A stretch of 64,000 nucleotides of DNA, from assembly GCA_043732185.1 (NCBI GenBank), contig JAYTHY010000094.1, forward strand, positions 1 through 64,000, in the 5' to 3' direction. Under the pieces are notes generated by a model. The model was not told where the DNA came from. It saw nothing but the letters and a program-made list of their open reading frames with translations, and made no database searches. This stretch comes from Fibrobacteria bacterium. GTDB lineage: Bacteria; Fibrobacterota; Fibrobacteria; UBA11236. Made by a program: the position numbers and the translations under genes. Shown here piece after piece: positions 1 through 10,506 of this stretch. The first letter of the stretch is position 1. Every line of letters begins with the position of its first letter.

Positions 1-133
1 TGCAGTCAGAAGTAAGGCTAAAACACAGAACAAATATGACAAGCGTAACGTAATTTATTAAATTAAAAACCAGCGGACATTTTGCCTGAATCCAGCCGCC
101 GTCTCTTTGGTATGTAGCACTTACTAAGAGCAT
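1..133 (-). CDS. Possible 5' end of a gene running off the left edge (MLLVSATYQRDGGWIQAKCPLVFNLINYVTLVIFVLCFSLTSDC...)
   Basis: Open frame read manually from ATG at 133 to the window edge, with a hydrophobic stretch; divergent from the 325 gene; no family recognised. Confidence 0.25.
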   Translation of the reverse strand, partial: MLLVSATYQRDGGWIQAKCPLVFNLINYVTLVIFVLCFSLTSDC

Positions 134-324
134 GTTCCTATTTCTTGGATCTGATTTTTCTTATACTAGTTTCTTAAATCTCCTAAGTCAATCTGAAGGC
201 AAATTTTTACCAAGGTTGAAACGGATACTCAATTTGGGTTATTTGCCATATTGACCTATGCGCGGTTAAAGTGCAAAGGCCGGTAGCCGGGATTTAATGG
301 CCTATTTTTGCTAACTTCAGTCTT

Positions 325-1290
325 ATGAGCCTAAATCAAATTGCCAATAAGGATATTCTAATTACTGGAGGCGCCGGTTTCATCGGATCCACTTTGACCG
401 GCTTGCTGCTCGGCAAGAACAATGTCACCATTTTCGATAATTTCTCCCGGGATTCCATGGCTACCCAGCCCTTCCGCGAGCATAAGAACCTGAACGTCAT
501 TAAAGGCGATATTCTCGACGCCCCGGCTCTCAAAAAAGTCTGCGAAGGTCGGCAACTCGTCATTCACTGCGCCGCCATTGCAGGAATCGATACCGTGATT
601 AAAAGCCCCATTGCCACCATGCGGACCAATATGATCGGCTCGGCCAACTTGCTGGAGGCCTGCTCGGGTCTGACTAATCTGGAGCGGGCGATTTTCTTTT
701 CAACCAGCGAAGTGTTCGGACAAAACGCATTTAGGTCGGAAGAAAGCCACGCCACCATCACAGGGGCCGTAGGCGAGGCCCGGTGGACGTATGCCATTTC
801 AAAACTGGCTGAAGAGCATTTGGCGCATGCCTACTGTAAAGAGCGCCATATGCCTGTAGTTACAGTTCGGCCCTTTAATGTTTATGGCCCTGGCCAGGTA
901 GGCGAGGGGGCGATCAAGATTTTCATTCAAAAAGCCTTGAAGGATGAAACCATCGAAATACACGGGGACGGGTCCCAAATCCGCGCCTGGTGTTTTATAG
1001 AAGACTTGGTGCGCGGCATTGGCCTTGCCTTGACTATACCGGCTGCCGTTGGCGAAACATTCAACCTCGGCAACTCCCGAGCCATAGTCACAATTTATGG
1101 CTTGGCAAATACCATTGTGCGCGTCCTCAACTCCAAATCCCGTATCGTCTTTACCAATAAGGACTATGCAGATGTCGAATTGCGCATACCTTCGATCACC
1201 AAAGCCAAAAAAATTCTTGGGTTTGAAGCCGAGGTCGATTTAGAAGATGGTATTTTGAAAACCGCCGAGTACTACCGCAAATTCCCATGA
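325..1290 (+). CDS. NAD-dependent epimerase/dehydratase (extended SDR, nucleotide-sugar modifying)
   Basis: ITGGAGFIG Rossmann motif, STSEVFG, catalytic YAISK (YxxxK), RPFNVYGPG. Confidence 0.93.
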   Translation: MSLNQIANKDILITGGAGFIGSTLTGLLLGKNNVTIFDNFSRDSMATQPFREHKNLNVIKGDILDAPALKKVCEGRQLVIHCAAIAGIDTVIKSPIATMRTNMIGSANLLEACSGLTNLERAIFFSTSEVFGQNAFRSEESHATITGAVGEARWTYAISKLAEEHLAHAYCKERHMPVVTVRPFNVYGPGQVGEGAIKIFIQKALKDETIEIHGDGSQIRAWCFIEDLVRGIGLALTIPAAVGETFNLGNSRAIVTIYGLANTIVRVLNSKSRIVFTNKDYADVELRIPSITKAKKILGFEAEVDLEDGILKTAEYYRKFP

Positions 1291-2423
1291 TTCCGTTGGG
1301 CAAGCCCCGCATTCCAGACAATGCCTGGAAAGATATCCGTGCCATCTTAGCGTCAGGGCAACTCGTTGAGGGCGTCCATTGTCGAAAATTTGCCGACTCT
1401 CTGAGCCGGTACTTGGATGTACCCCAAATCATACTTGTAAATAGCGGTACCAGCGCTTTGTACCTGGCTCTGCGCGCCCTCAATATTGGGTCCGGCGACT
1501 CAGTGCTAGTCCCCGCATACAGTTTTCCTGCCACGGCCAATGTCGTTGCCTGGACTGGCGCCAAGCCTGTTTTCACAGATATCAATCCGCTGACTTGGAA
1601 CATAGACGCAGATGCAGTTGCAAGTCGCCTCTCGAACATGTCCCTCACTGAAATCAAAAGCATCAAGGCTATCATGCCCGTACAGGCTTTCGGCAATCCG
1701 GTGGACATGGGCCCCTTGCTTAATCTAGCGAAGACGCGGGGCTGGAAGATAATTGAAGATGCGGCTTGCGCACTCGGCAGTTCTTGGAATGGCCGTGCCT
1801 GCGGAACCCATGGTGACTTTGGCTGCTTTAGTTTTCATCCACGTAAAATCCTGACGACATCGGAAGGCGGTGCTTTGGTTGTGCGTTCAAGAAGGATGGC
1901 CGAAAAACTAGCTTTGCTCAAAAACCACGGCATGATCAAGCAATTCGGAAAAATAAGATTTCCCGACTACGGTCTGAATCTCCGCTTCACGGAAGTAGCC
2001 GCGGCTTTAGGCCAATCCCAAATGGACATCCTTACTGATCTACTCAAGGAAAGAAAAATATTGGCCGAACGATACATGCGTGGCTTGAATGAAATGGGCA
2101 TGCCCACACAGGCCGTACTAGGTGCTGGGCAATCCAACCATCAAAGCTTGGTCGCCCGCTTACCGGTAAAAAGCACCGCTGCTCGAGACCGGGTTTTTGC
2201 ATCGCTTTCTACGCTTGGAATTCAAGTGACTATCGGCACTTATTTTCTACCTGCCTTGCCCGTTTTCCGAAAAACCGAGAGGCCTGGTCTGGAATGGAAA
2301 GGCGGCCATTACCCTGCGGCACAGTCCCTTTTCCGTCAAGCGATTTCATTGCCAATATACTCAGGACTTGGCAAGAAGGGTGTGGACCAAGTGTTAGAAG
2401 GCCTACGCCGATCCCTACCATGA
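1287..2423 (+). CDS. DegT/DnrJ/EryC1/StrS family PLP-dependent sugar aminotransferase
   Basis: NSGTSAL, IIEDAACALG, FSFHPRKILTTSEGG (PLP lysine); ATGA overlap with upstream gene. Confidence 0.93.
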   Translation: MIPLGKPRIPDNAWKDIRAILASGQLVEGVHCRKFADSLSRYLDVPQIILVNSGTSALYLALRALNIGSGDSVLVPAYSFPATANVVAWTGAKPVFTDINPLTWNIDADAVASRLSNMSLTEIKSIKAIMPVQAFGNPVDMGPLLNLAKTRGWKIIEDAACALGSSWNGRACGTHGDFGCFSFHPRKILTTSEGGALVVRSRRMAEKLALLKNHGMIKQFGKIRFPDYGLNLRFTEVAAALGQSQMDILTDLLKERKILAERYMRGLNEMGMPTQAVLGAGQSNHQSLVARLPVKSTAARDRVFASLSTLGIQVTIGTYFLPALPVFRKTERPGLEWKGGHYPAAQSLFRQAISLPIYSGLGKKGVDQVLEGLRRSLP

Positions 2424-2430
2424 ACATTGG

Positions 2431-3156
2431 ATGAAACCCATGGCTGCTTGGAAGAAAATCGTGTCCACTTGTATTCCCAATGGATTGCCGCTACCAATCC
2501 TTGTTGGGCCCCTGCGTGGCAGGTTTTGGCTCGCGGGGGCCGCTCCTGGTCCGGGAAAAGGCCTTTCTACCCTTTTTAATCGTTGCGAGCCTGGACAGCT
2601 TAAAGAAGCTTTACACCTAGCCAGCCTCGTTCCAAATGGAATCTCATTCGACATCGGAGCCCATTCGGGCCTCTACACCTTGCTCTTAGCGCGAAACTCG
2701 CGGCAGGTATTTGCCTTTGAACCTTTGCCGCGCAACTTGGCCTATTTAGTACGCACCTTGTCCACCAATGGCATTGCCAACGCCCATGTCATTCCTTGGG
2801 CGGTTGGAGGAGAAACTCGTCTCGATGGATTTCGAATAGGTGAACACACCTCTGAAGGCAGGGTGGATCCCGGTGGGACTCTGCCCGTGTTCACGGTAAC
2901 ATGCGATGCATTCTCGGCCCGGTATCAGGTCGTTCCGACTTTAATCAAAATCGACGTTGAGGGAACAGAATTGGATGTTCTGAAAGGCGCTCGTGAAACT
3001 CTACAAAAAGGAAAACCGGCAATTCTGTTATCGACCCACGGGGACAATGTCAAGAACGAGTGTTTGAGATTTCTACACGATGTAGGCTATGGTAAGTTTA
3101 AGCCCTTGGATGCATCAACAGAAACAGATGCCCGAGAGTTTTCCATTTCAGCATAG
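2431..3156 (+). CDS. FkbM family methyltransferase
   Basis: FDIGAHSG, VFAFEP, LIKIDVEGTE motifs. Confidence 0.88.
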   Translation: MKPMAAWKKIVSTCIPNGLPLPILVGPLRGRFWLAGAAPGPGKGLSTLFNRCEPGQLKEALHLASLVPNGISFDIGAHSGLYTLLLARNSRQVFAFEPLPRNLAYLVRTLSTNGIANAHVIPWAVGGETRLDGFRIGEHTSEGRVDPGGTLPVFTVTCDAFSARYQVVPTLIKIDVEGTELDVLKGARETLQKGKPAILLSTHGDNVKNECLRFLHDVGYGKFKPLDASTETDAREFSISA

Positions 3157-3204
3157 CCGTGTTCGATTCGGTTCAGCTTCATCTAGATATAAAAGCTCGA
3201 GACT

Positions 3205-4320
3205 CTACTTTTTGCCAATCCCGACCTTCACGTAAAGCTCCATTAGCCGGGCGTGTACAGCCGCATAACCATGAGTCTTTTCCAGCCAATTGCGTGATAC
3301 TTCGCCGCGCGTCAGCAGTTGTTGTGGATTTTCCAGAATGTTGACAAGGACTTTCTCAAGCGAAGCAGGGTCGACCAAATAAAAGGGATGATTCGGCAGG
3401 AATTCGGCAAGGAGTGGTGTGAAGTCCGTTACACAGGGAATTCCCAGCGCCAGCATCTCCAAAGAACTCACCCCATAGCCTGTGCCGCCTCGATTTCCTA
3501 TTTGATCGATACACAGGTCACACCCGGCTTTGATGCGTCGGCATTCCTGTTGCGAAACGTTTTCCACTAACACAAATTCGAAGCTGGATCGAGCCTTAAG
3601 TTTTTCGACGATCGGAAGAATCAAATCCGTGCCCTTATTATAGCGCTGGGATGGCGCGTGCACTATCCGGAGGGGGAAATGCAAGTCCGTTTTAGAAGGC
3701 GCCTTTGGTATCTCATAGGGAGCCGGAATAAAATGGATATTTGGGTGCAGGTAAAGGTGATCGAATTCCAGGGTGAGATTGAGATCCGATACCCGATCCA
3801 ACGCTGGGGTGACGCCATCAACGCGCAGTTCCGTGCCATAAAATACGCTTACGATTTTGGCTCCGCGTTTTTTAAGTTCCTGGGCCAAATCCGCGCCATA
3901 GGTCAAATCTCTGGCTCCATCGAAGTGGACAACATCGTATCCATCCAACTTAAATTGGTCGATGATGTCCGCTATGCGTCCGCGCACCAAGGCATCTTTA
4001 AGATTGCGCCAGGCGCCCTGAAATACATTCGGTTGAAGTTGGGCAATCGGTTCGGTGCGAACACGCAGATCTGCATCCATGGGGGCTATCAATCTGCGGT
4101 TGGCCTCCTTGAGTCTATGTCGCACTTGCCAGGCACGGAACTTCCGGATTGGATAGTAATCCATGAGGATTTGCGGTATTTCCGGAAAGGCGCCAGGAGA
4201 AGCCGGACCTTGAAAAAAAACCAGATCCGACTGGTGACCGGCCCGGCGCTCTAATTCCATGAAATGCTCTGGTAGACCTTGAAAGGGGCCGTGAGTCAAG
4301 TGGAGGATTTTCATGACCAC
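3205..4320 (-). CDS. GT-B fold glycosyltransferase (GT4-like)
   Basis: IVHAPSQRYNKGT and GYGVSSLEMLALGIPCV (ExxAxGxP) C-terminal motifs. Confidence 0.75.
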   Translation of the reverse strand: MVMKILHLTHGPFQGLPEHFMELERRAGHQSDLVFFQGPASPGAFPEIPQILMDYYPIRKFRAWQVRHRLKEANRRLIAPMDADLRVRTEPIAQLQPNVFQGAWRNLKDALVRGRIADIIDQFKLDGYDVVHFDGARDLTYGADLAQELKKRGAKIVSVFYGTELRVDGVTPALDRVSDLNLTLEFDHLYLHPNIHFIPAPYEIPKAPSKTDLHFPLRIVHAPSQRYNKGTDLILPIVEKLKARSSFEFVLVENVSQQECRRIKAGCDLCIDQIGNRGGTGYGVSSLEMLALGIPCVTDFTPLLAEFLPNHPFYLVDPASLEKVLVNILENPQQLLTRGEVSRNWLEKTHGYAAVHARLMELYVKVGIGKK

Positions 4321-4327
4321 AAAAATC

Positions 4328-6607
4328 TCACCTGGCTACAATTATCTTGCCGCGGCTTGATTTTCCATTCGCCGATACGCTGTAGAAATAGATTCCGGGC
4401 TTGACTGTATTACCAAATGCATTGGTTCCATCCCATTGAATTTCATCGCCCTTCGCATCCTGAGATTGAAACTGACGTACAACATTGCCAGACTCTGTAT
4501 AGATGGCGGCAGTCCCACCGTGTGGCACCCCCTTGAGTATTAACAGCCGATGTTTTTTCAAAAATGGGTTGGGATAAGCCTTTACCTTATCCAACCCAAT
4601 CGGCCGTGACACGCCATCGCTTTCATAAACGCTGATACCATTTTCCGTGGTTACCCAGACCACTCCCGTTTCTTTTACAACACTAATATCAAATATCCTA
4701 TTTGAAGCTAGACCATCATCTGAGGTAAACCGGTCTACAATCGGATCCAACGCTTGAGCAGTAGGCTGGAGATGGAAAAGTCCATTGTCGCACCCAATCC
4801 AAAAATTCTGCAATGCGTCTGATTCCATGACTCTACATGATTTTCCATCCATGTTTTCCGGAAAAACCATTGTGAGGGGTAACGATTTTTCCAACTTGTA
4901 ATTCACGCTGTCCACAAATCCAATTTGATCATTCGAAATGGCCCATAGGCGTCCAAATCGGTCTTGCGCCAAATCCCTACCTATTTCCGTTCCGCGATCA
5001 GCACCCATACGACTTGCAAAAGATACCGATGAAGGATCCCCATTCTTTTTCCAGTGGTACAAAAATATTCCCCGGTCACTGGCTACGCCAAATAAAGTAT
5101 CGGAAAGAATCCGGATGGAATAGGTGTGCTCACCGTCGCCCACGAATTCCGGACAATAAATCTTGCCCGTTCTAGTGTTTAAATGTGCCATCCAAAAGCT
5201 TGTAGGAGTTGTTTGTGTGGGACGAAGCATTGTAAACCAAATGTCTTCACCGCTCGGATCACTCAATGAATGCACCACAGTATAGTTCTCCCCAACCGTT
5301 GGATGCAAACACGTCTCAGTGCCCGCTACATATTGCTTTTTAACACCACCGTAGAAATCAAAAACCCCCTGACCCCAATTTCCCATGATTACTCGATCTT
5401 CCGAGTTAGTAGCAAGAACTTTCAATTCATTTCCAAATACTTCTGGGGAAAGCCCAAATATGAATATTGGATTCCAATCTTCTCCCTCAAGTTTAAATAA
5501 GGTACTAGAAGTCAAGGCATAAACACCTTTTGTGGAAGCTGCAATGTTAGCCAAAGTATCAAAGGGGTATCGTTTTTTTGGCATCACATCCCAGAATTGG
5601 CCGCTTGCCACTCTATATTCCACTAGTCCCAATTTTGATCCAAGATATACTTTGTCTCCCAGGGTAATTGCAACTTCAATTCGATTGAATACCGGAAATG
5701 CTTTTCCATTCAAAATTAATGGCCGGCCTAAAAGCGCTCTGATTCTATTCGGAGAGGTAAGTACTGTTCCGGAATCATGGGCTACGAGACGACCATCAAG
5801 AATACACAAATGCACGGGGCGACCTTGGGTTAAATCCGGCGAATGGCTGTTAACAGACAATAGATCAATTGAGTCGACAGGAATTTTTGTCAGCGAATCC
5901 TCTAATGGAAAACCCAAATCCTTTGGTTCAACCAGGTTTTTAATGGGCAACCAAATCTGTGGATCATTTATAGTACTGTATTTTGATGAGAGTAGGTTTT
6001 TAAAATCCATGGCCGCCCCAAAAACCTCTGTCCCATTCGAAATATAAAGCGTATCTCCCGATCTAACCAGGCCCGTAATTTCAATGAGATTAGATTTTCC
6101 GAATTTGGTCAAGTTCGCTTGGGAAACGCCTTTTTTCCTATCAAAAAAAGTGAGTCCTTTGTTGCACCCAACTACTAAGTAATTACCAGCACACAAAATC
6201 GCCCTTGAATTTATTTTCCAAGCCGCAACTTTATAGCTTTCCCCCCAACTTGACCAGCGATCCTGTTCAAATTTAAATAACCGACCGGAACGAGATGCCG
6301 CCCATAATTCGTCGTCGTCATCAATTGCTAAACCCACAATATTTAAATCGAAAATTCCGTCAATATTCGTGAAATCCGTTTCCTCATTGTTTATGGGATT
6401 GATCTTTCGGATACCTCCAGTGGTTGCAGCAAAAAGAAATCCGTGATACTTAATTAAATCATTTACGGCACCAACATTGGTAAAGCTTCTCCATTTACCG
6501 ACAAAGGCATTAGTAGTTGGAGCGACCAGAAAAGACAACGCCAATGTGGTCAGGGTGACGGATATAAGATTCCGGAAACTAATTGCTACTCGCTTACGAT
6601 TATTCAT
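4328..6607 (-). CDS. PorZ-like two-beta-propeller secreted protein with T9SS/FlgD-Ig-like C-terminal domain
   Basis: Signal peptide; GKWRSFTN...FAATTGGI start; two-component-propeller-type repeats (DGLASNRIFDISV, VWVTTENGISVY); CTD VKAYPNPF...IYTESGNVVR...WDGTN...PGIYF...GKIIVAR. Confidence 0.7.
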   Translation of the reverse strand: MNNRKRVAISFRNLISVTLTTLALSFLVAPTTNAFVGKWRSFTNVGAVNDLIKYHGFLFAATTGGIRKINPINNEETDFTNIDGIFDLNIVGLAIDDDDELWAASRSGRLFKFEQDRWSSWGESYKVAAWKINSRAILCAGNYLVVGCNKGLTFFDRKKGVSQANLTKFGKSNLIEITGLVRSGDTLYISNGTEVFGAAMDFKNLLSSKYSTINDPQIWLPIKNLVEPKDLGFPLEDSLTKIPVDSIDLLSVNSHSPDLTQGRPVHLCILDGRLVAHDSGTVLTSPNRIRALLGRPLILNGKAFPVFNRIEVAITLGDKVYLGSKLGLVEYRVASGQFWDVMPKKRYPFDTLANIAASTKGVYALTSSTLFKLEGEDWNPIFIFGLSPEVFGNELKVLATNSEDRVIMGNWGQGVFDFYGGVKKQYVAGTETCLHPTVGENYTVVHSLSDPSGEDIWFTMLRPTQTTPTSFWMAHLNTRTGKIYCPEFVGDGEHTYSIRILSDTLFGVASDRGIFLYHWKKNGDPSSVSFASRMGADRGTEIGRDLAQDRFGRLWAISNDQIGFVDSVNYKLEKSLPLTMVFPENMDGKSCRVMESDALQNFWIGCDNGLFHLQPTAQALDPIVDRFTSDDGLASNRIFDISVVKETGVVWVTTENGISVYESDGVSRPIGLDKVKAYPNPFLKKHRLLILKGVPHGGTAAIYTESGNVVRQFQSQDAKGDEIQWDGTNAFGNTVKPGIYFYSVSANGKSSRGKIIVAR

Positions 6608-6828
6608 TTGAAAATGAATATACCAATTTCACTTACCCAGATTCCAATTTCCATCGGCTCTCTCAGTTTGCTATTTTCGGTTTTCTAAAAGGCACACCGG
6701 TTTCAGGGCATTTGATGCATTTCATTTCGGTAATTTGAGGCTGGAAAATGGTTTTTGAACTGCCTTACACATACAAATAAACACTTTGCATTTTTCCCTG
6801 AGTAAGCTGGTAGCTGGTGGAGGCAGTT

Positions 6829-8055
6829 TTATTCATTCATAAGTTCTTTGGGCATGGATAACTTCAAATATTCCCCTAACGAAATCAACAAGAAAGGTAG
6901 GCAAAGTGAAAAATAACTGATGTCAAACATATTATGGAAAATCGCATTCCCCATTCCCACCGAAATGGCTTTTATTCCAAGGCAAATCAACACCGTGGCG
7001 AATAAAGCCATGCCGCTATTTAGAAATAATTTGTGGCCATGAGCGTCCTTAAAGCCGAAAACGACAGAAACAAGCAATACTATTACCAAGATCCAGCTTG
7101 GAATATTCCCATATTGCACATAAAAAGGATTGTGTTTAGAAAAAAGCATTGGGCTCCAAATATAAAACGGAGCAAACGTCGCTAAAAATACGGTTGTTAA
7201 TACTGTTCCGAAAGTAAGCGCAAAGAAAACACCTCTTGACTGTAAAAAATGCCCGGACAGCAATACAAGCGGAATTATAGCCACTCCTCGAGTAGCCAAA
7301 AGCACGCCCCATGTGGGTGCCCAAAAACACAGAAGCCTCCCATTTGTTAGACTTTTCTTTGAACCAAGGAAAAGTGCCCAGGCTACAACTACCATATTGG
7401 TAAAGAGGTCGCTTCTAGATTCGACTTCGTACAAGAAGGTGGGGAGCCCCAATAATAGAATCATTAAAAATGTAAAAACCCAAGAACCTTGGAAACGCTT
7501 CCAAATTAGTACGCCGAAACCGATTAACCCTGCGAACTGCATCAATCCTACATCACCTATAAAATAGAATGGGCCGGCAAGCATAAATAACCCCGGAAAG
7601 CCGCTAATATCGTGCCCCAAATGGGTTTTGGCTTGAAAAGGAAATTGGCCTACTACCAGGAAATTCCAAAATTTTTCCAAGGCGCTCCATCTGTCCACCA
7701 TCAATCTGGCTTCGTCGATTCGACAATAAACGAATAATAAGGCCAACACCCAACATACCACGATTAGCTGCAATGCCCACTTTAGTTTCTTTTTCGCTAA
7801 CGAGGCCAAGACCAAATGGTAAATCATTATGATTTGTAAAGCGTATGTAGCCAAGTAGCACACAGCCGCAAAGGCCCATGGAATAGAAAGCCTGGGTAGG
7901 TATTTACATGCGAATAAAACGCCAATAAATCCAATAATAATAAAATGTGCCCATACAGATTTATTAAATCCACGCATAGAAGATGAAGGTTTCGAAACAT
8001 AAAAATGCGGGTCCGGCGCTTTTTCAAAATTTATATTAGGCCTCATGACGACCAA
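6829..8055 (-). CDS. Multi-pass membrane protein, probable GT-C fold glycosyltransferase
   Basis: About 10 hydrophobic segments; first loop VDRWSAL...GQFPF...THLG...FPG; YEVESRSDLFTN; visibly AT-rich. Confidence 0.55.
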   Translation of the reverse strand: MVVMRPNINFEKAPDPHFYVSKPSSSMRGFNKSVWAHFIIIGFIGVLFACKYLPRLSIPWAFAAVCYLATYALQIIMIYHLVLASLAKKKLKWALQLIVVCWVLALLFVYCRIDEARLMVDRWSALEKFWNFLVVGQFPFQAKTHLGHDISGFPGLFMLAGPFYFIGDVGLMQFAGLIGFGVLIWKRFQGSWVFTFLMILLLGLPTFLYEVESRSDLFTNMVVVAWALFLGSKKSLTNGRLLCFWAPTWGVLLATRGVAIIPLVLLSGHFLQSRGVFFALTFGTVLTTVFLATFAPFYIWSPMLFSKHNPFYVQYGNIPSWILVIVLLVSVVFGFKDAHGHKLFLNSGMALFATVLICLGIKAISVGMGNAIFHNMFDISYFSLCLPFLLISLGEYLKLSMPKELMNE

Positions 8056-8306
8056 ATCGAGAAGGGTTTTTCCTGCGCTTCATTTAATTTTTGTATACTA
8101 GCCTGACTGCTATAATTTTTTATACCTATCGTAACATCTATAAAATTATTTTTAGTTAGCTTAAGATAATAACGATCCATTTTTTCCTATACATTAGGGT
8201 TTGATTGGCTAAAGTTTAATTTAGAAAATATGCTGATCCAATACCTTGTTGAAGCAGGCGTAAAACTTTAACGGTGGATCTTGATACTCGAGATTACTCT
8301 ACTAAT

Positions 8307-9398
8307 TTATGTTGACAAACCGCCTAACCGGAAGGCCTCCACTAAAGCCACAGTACTTGAGTCCAGGGATATACGCTGATCCACCACGGTAATGGCTAAG
8401 CTGCCCGTTTGAATAGGTTCAAGTTTTATTCCGTCCTTGCTTGTACAGAGAATTCGAGCCTTGGGGTTAAGGGCCATGGCGAATTGCAACTCCTTTAAAT
8501 TTGGGGTGGCATGATTCCGTCCCTGCACCACCTGCACAGGGCGGCACCCTACTGTGTCGAGGGCATCCAAAAAAGACTGGTTGTCGCCTAGTCCGCAATA
8601 CGCTATCCAAGGCAGCTTGGGCTCAAAACCCTTCGGAAGGCAAAGCTCGCGATAAAATCGATGCACTGATTTTCCGCCTTCCTCCCGCGTTCCCATAATT
8701 GGAGTATTCCCCTTAGCACACGGCCCTTCCAATATAAGGTCCGCATTTCTCCCCTCACTCCAGGTCTGCCGATACGCTCCCCCAGGCAAAAGATCAAACA
8801 CACCCGGCCGCTCCCCCGGCGCCATGAGTACAATCCGCATCGCCCCTTTGAGTCGCGGATCCTGAAAACCATCGTCCGATAGAATAAGATCAAAAGGTCG
8901 GCTTCCGTAAACTTCCGGCGCATGCAGTCGCATCCAAGCCAAGGCCCGATTGCGCGTGACGAAAACACGACATCCCGACTGTTGTCGAAGCAGCACCGCT
9001 TCATCGGAAGAGCGCCGCCAATCCTCATCCGACTCCACCTCGCTCAGAACGGGATCCGGATTACTTAACTGCGAATGGTTCGTTCTTGATCTATCCGGCC
9101 CCCGTTGCCCAATTCGATACGCGAGAATGGCCACCTTGAGCCCCCGTTCCGAAAAAGTCTGGGCCAAAGCCAGCGTCACACTGGTTTTTCCTGAACCTCC
9201 GGCCTTTAAGGCCCCGATAACGACCAGGGGAATGGTAGGTGGGTGGCGACGAAACGCCCTGCCTGCCGGGGACAAGGCAAAGGTGACCTGCATAGACACC
9301 TTATGGAGCCCGCTCAATGTCCCATAAACGGGTGAAAGCCAAACAAAGCCCCGTTGAGGCTTCCAAAGTCGATCTAAAAAGGGTCTAAATCCTAACAA
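8307..9398 (-). CDS. lpxK: Tetraacyldisaccharide 4'-kinase (lipid A 4'-kinase)
   Basis: VVIGALKAGGSGKT P-loop, SDEAVLL, LILSDDGFQD, LLPGG, ILCTSKDGIKL. Confidence 0.85.
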   Translation of the reverse strand: MLGFRPFLDRLWKPQRGFVWLSPVYGTLSGLHKVSMQVTFALSPAGRAFRRHPPTIPLVVIGALKAGGSGKTSVTLALAQTFSERGLKVAILAYRIGQRGPDRSRTNHSQLSNPDPVLSEVESDEDWRRSSDEAVLLRQQSGCRVFVTRNRALAWMRLHAPEVYGSRPFDLILSDDGFQDPRLKGAMRIVLMAPGERPGVFDLLPGGAYRQTWSEGRNADLILEGPCAKGNTPIMGTREEGGKSVHRFYRELCLPKGFEPKLPWIAYCGLGDNQSFLDALDTVGCRPVQVVQGRNHATPNLKELQFAMALNPKARILCTSKDGIKLEPIQTGSLAITVVDQRISLDSSTVALVEAFRLGGLST

Positions 9399-9512
9399 AA
9401 TTGAATTTTCGGCAACCGTGTGGGATAATGGAAGGCATCACTCAGCGGAAACTGCACCCTTTGGAAATCTAGCTATTCCAGGGCCTGGCCCGCTTCGCGT
9501 AAAGGACTCAAA

Positions 9513-10484
9513 ATGGGTTTTGACGACAAGCTGGTACGAAAAAAGCTGGAGGTATTGCTCAAGGATGAAACCTTGGTGCAGCGCTATCTTAGGACCTATG
9601 GCCCAAAATTGGACATGAGCTTTGTCGCCAAGATAAAGCAGGGTGCGGCGACAGCAACCTCTGAAGGTGGCATGGGTGCGGCAGATGATCCCACCTACCA
9701 AATCAAGGTCAAATGTCCGATTTGCAATCAGTCGGATATTGTGTGTTACGAACTCAAGGCTAAGAGCCTAACAACTACGCCGGATAAGTTTCTGATACCG
9801 CGGTATGCGGGTGTCCAAGGCTTTAAAACCGTTAATTTCAGTTTGATCTCCGTTACGGTTTGTCCTACATGTCTATTCGCTTCCCCGGATAAAAAAGACT
9901 TCATTACCTTTTCCGTTCAAGCCCGTACTGAGAATAAAACCCAAATCGGTCCCTTTGTGCTCGAAGAACTCCGGAAGAAGGTTGAGGATCGCAAATCGCT
10001 TATCGAGGGACAAACTGATTTCGCGGCGTTTTTCAAACATCCACGCAACGTGGAAGCCGGCATCGCGAGCTATCGCATGGCCATCCAACGCGCTCTGGTC
10101 GAAGCCTCATTGGAAACGCCCCTGGCCTGGTACAAGGCGGGCATGTATACGCTTAAAATAGCCCTGCTCCTAAGGGATTCGGGTAAGGACGATGAAACCG
10201 TTCTAAAGGAGGCCTCCAATTATTTGGGTAAAAGTTTCAAGAGCGAAGCCAAAACCCCGGAATTGGAATACCAAATGCTCTACATCATTTGCGCTTTGTA
10301 TTTGCGGCTTGGAGACGAGGTGCAATGTCAGGCCTTTATGGGTGTTCTTGATAAAAGACGCGCCGAACTTGAGAAACTATCCAAGGACGATCCGAGCGTA
10401 ACAACCGTGCTCGTTGAGAAATGGATAGACAAGATCAAAGATATGTGGACGGACCGGGCTCTCCCGGATTTGTGGAAGCACTAG
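9513..10484 (+). CDS. DUF2225-like Zn-ribbon plus helical-repeat protein
   Basis: CPIC and VTVCPTCLFA Cys pairs followed by TPR-like helices (YMLYIICALYLRLG-type). Confidence 0.65.
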   Translation: MGFDDKLVRKKLEVLLKDETLVQRYLRTYGPKLDMSFVAKIKQGAATATSEGGMGAADDPTYQIKVKCPICNQSDIVCYELKAKSLTTTPDKFLIPRYAGVQGFKTVNFSLISVTVCPTCLFASPDKKDFITFSVQARTENKTQIGPFVLEELRKKVEDRKSLIEGQTDFAAFFKHPRNVEAGIASYRMAIQRALVEASLETPLAWYKAGMYTLKIALLLRDSGKDDETVLKEASNYLGKSFKSEAKTPELEYQMLYIICALYLRLGDEVQCQAFMGVLDKRRAELEKLSKDDPSVTTVLVEKWIDKIKDMWTDRALPDLWKH

Positions 10485-10506
10485 CCTTCTACCGGGAAAG
10501 CGACAC

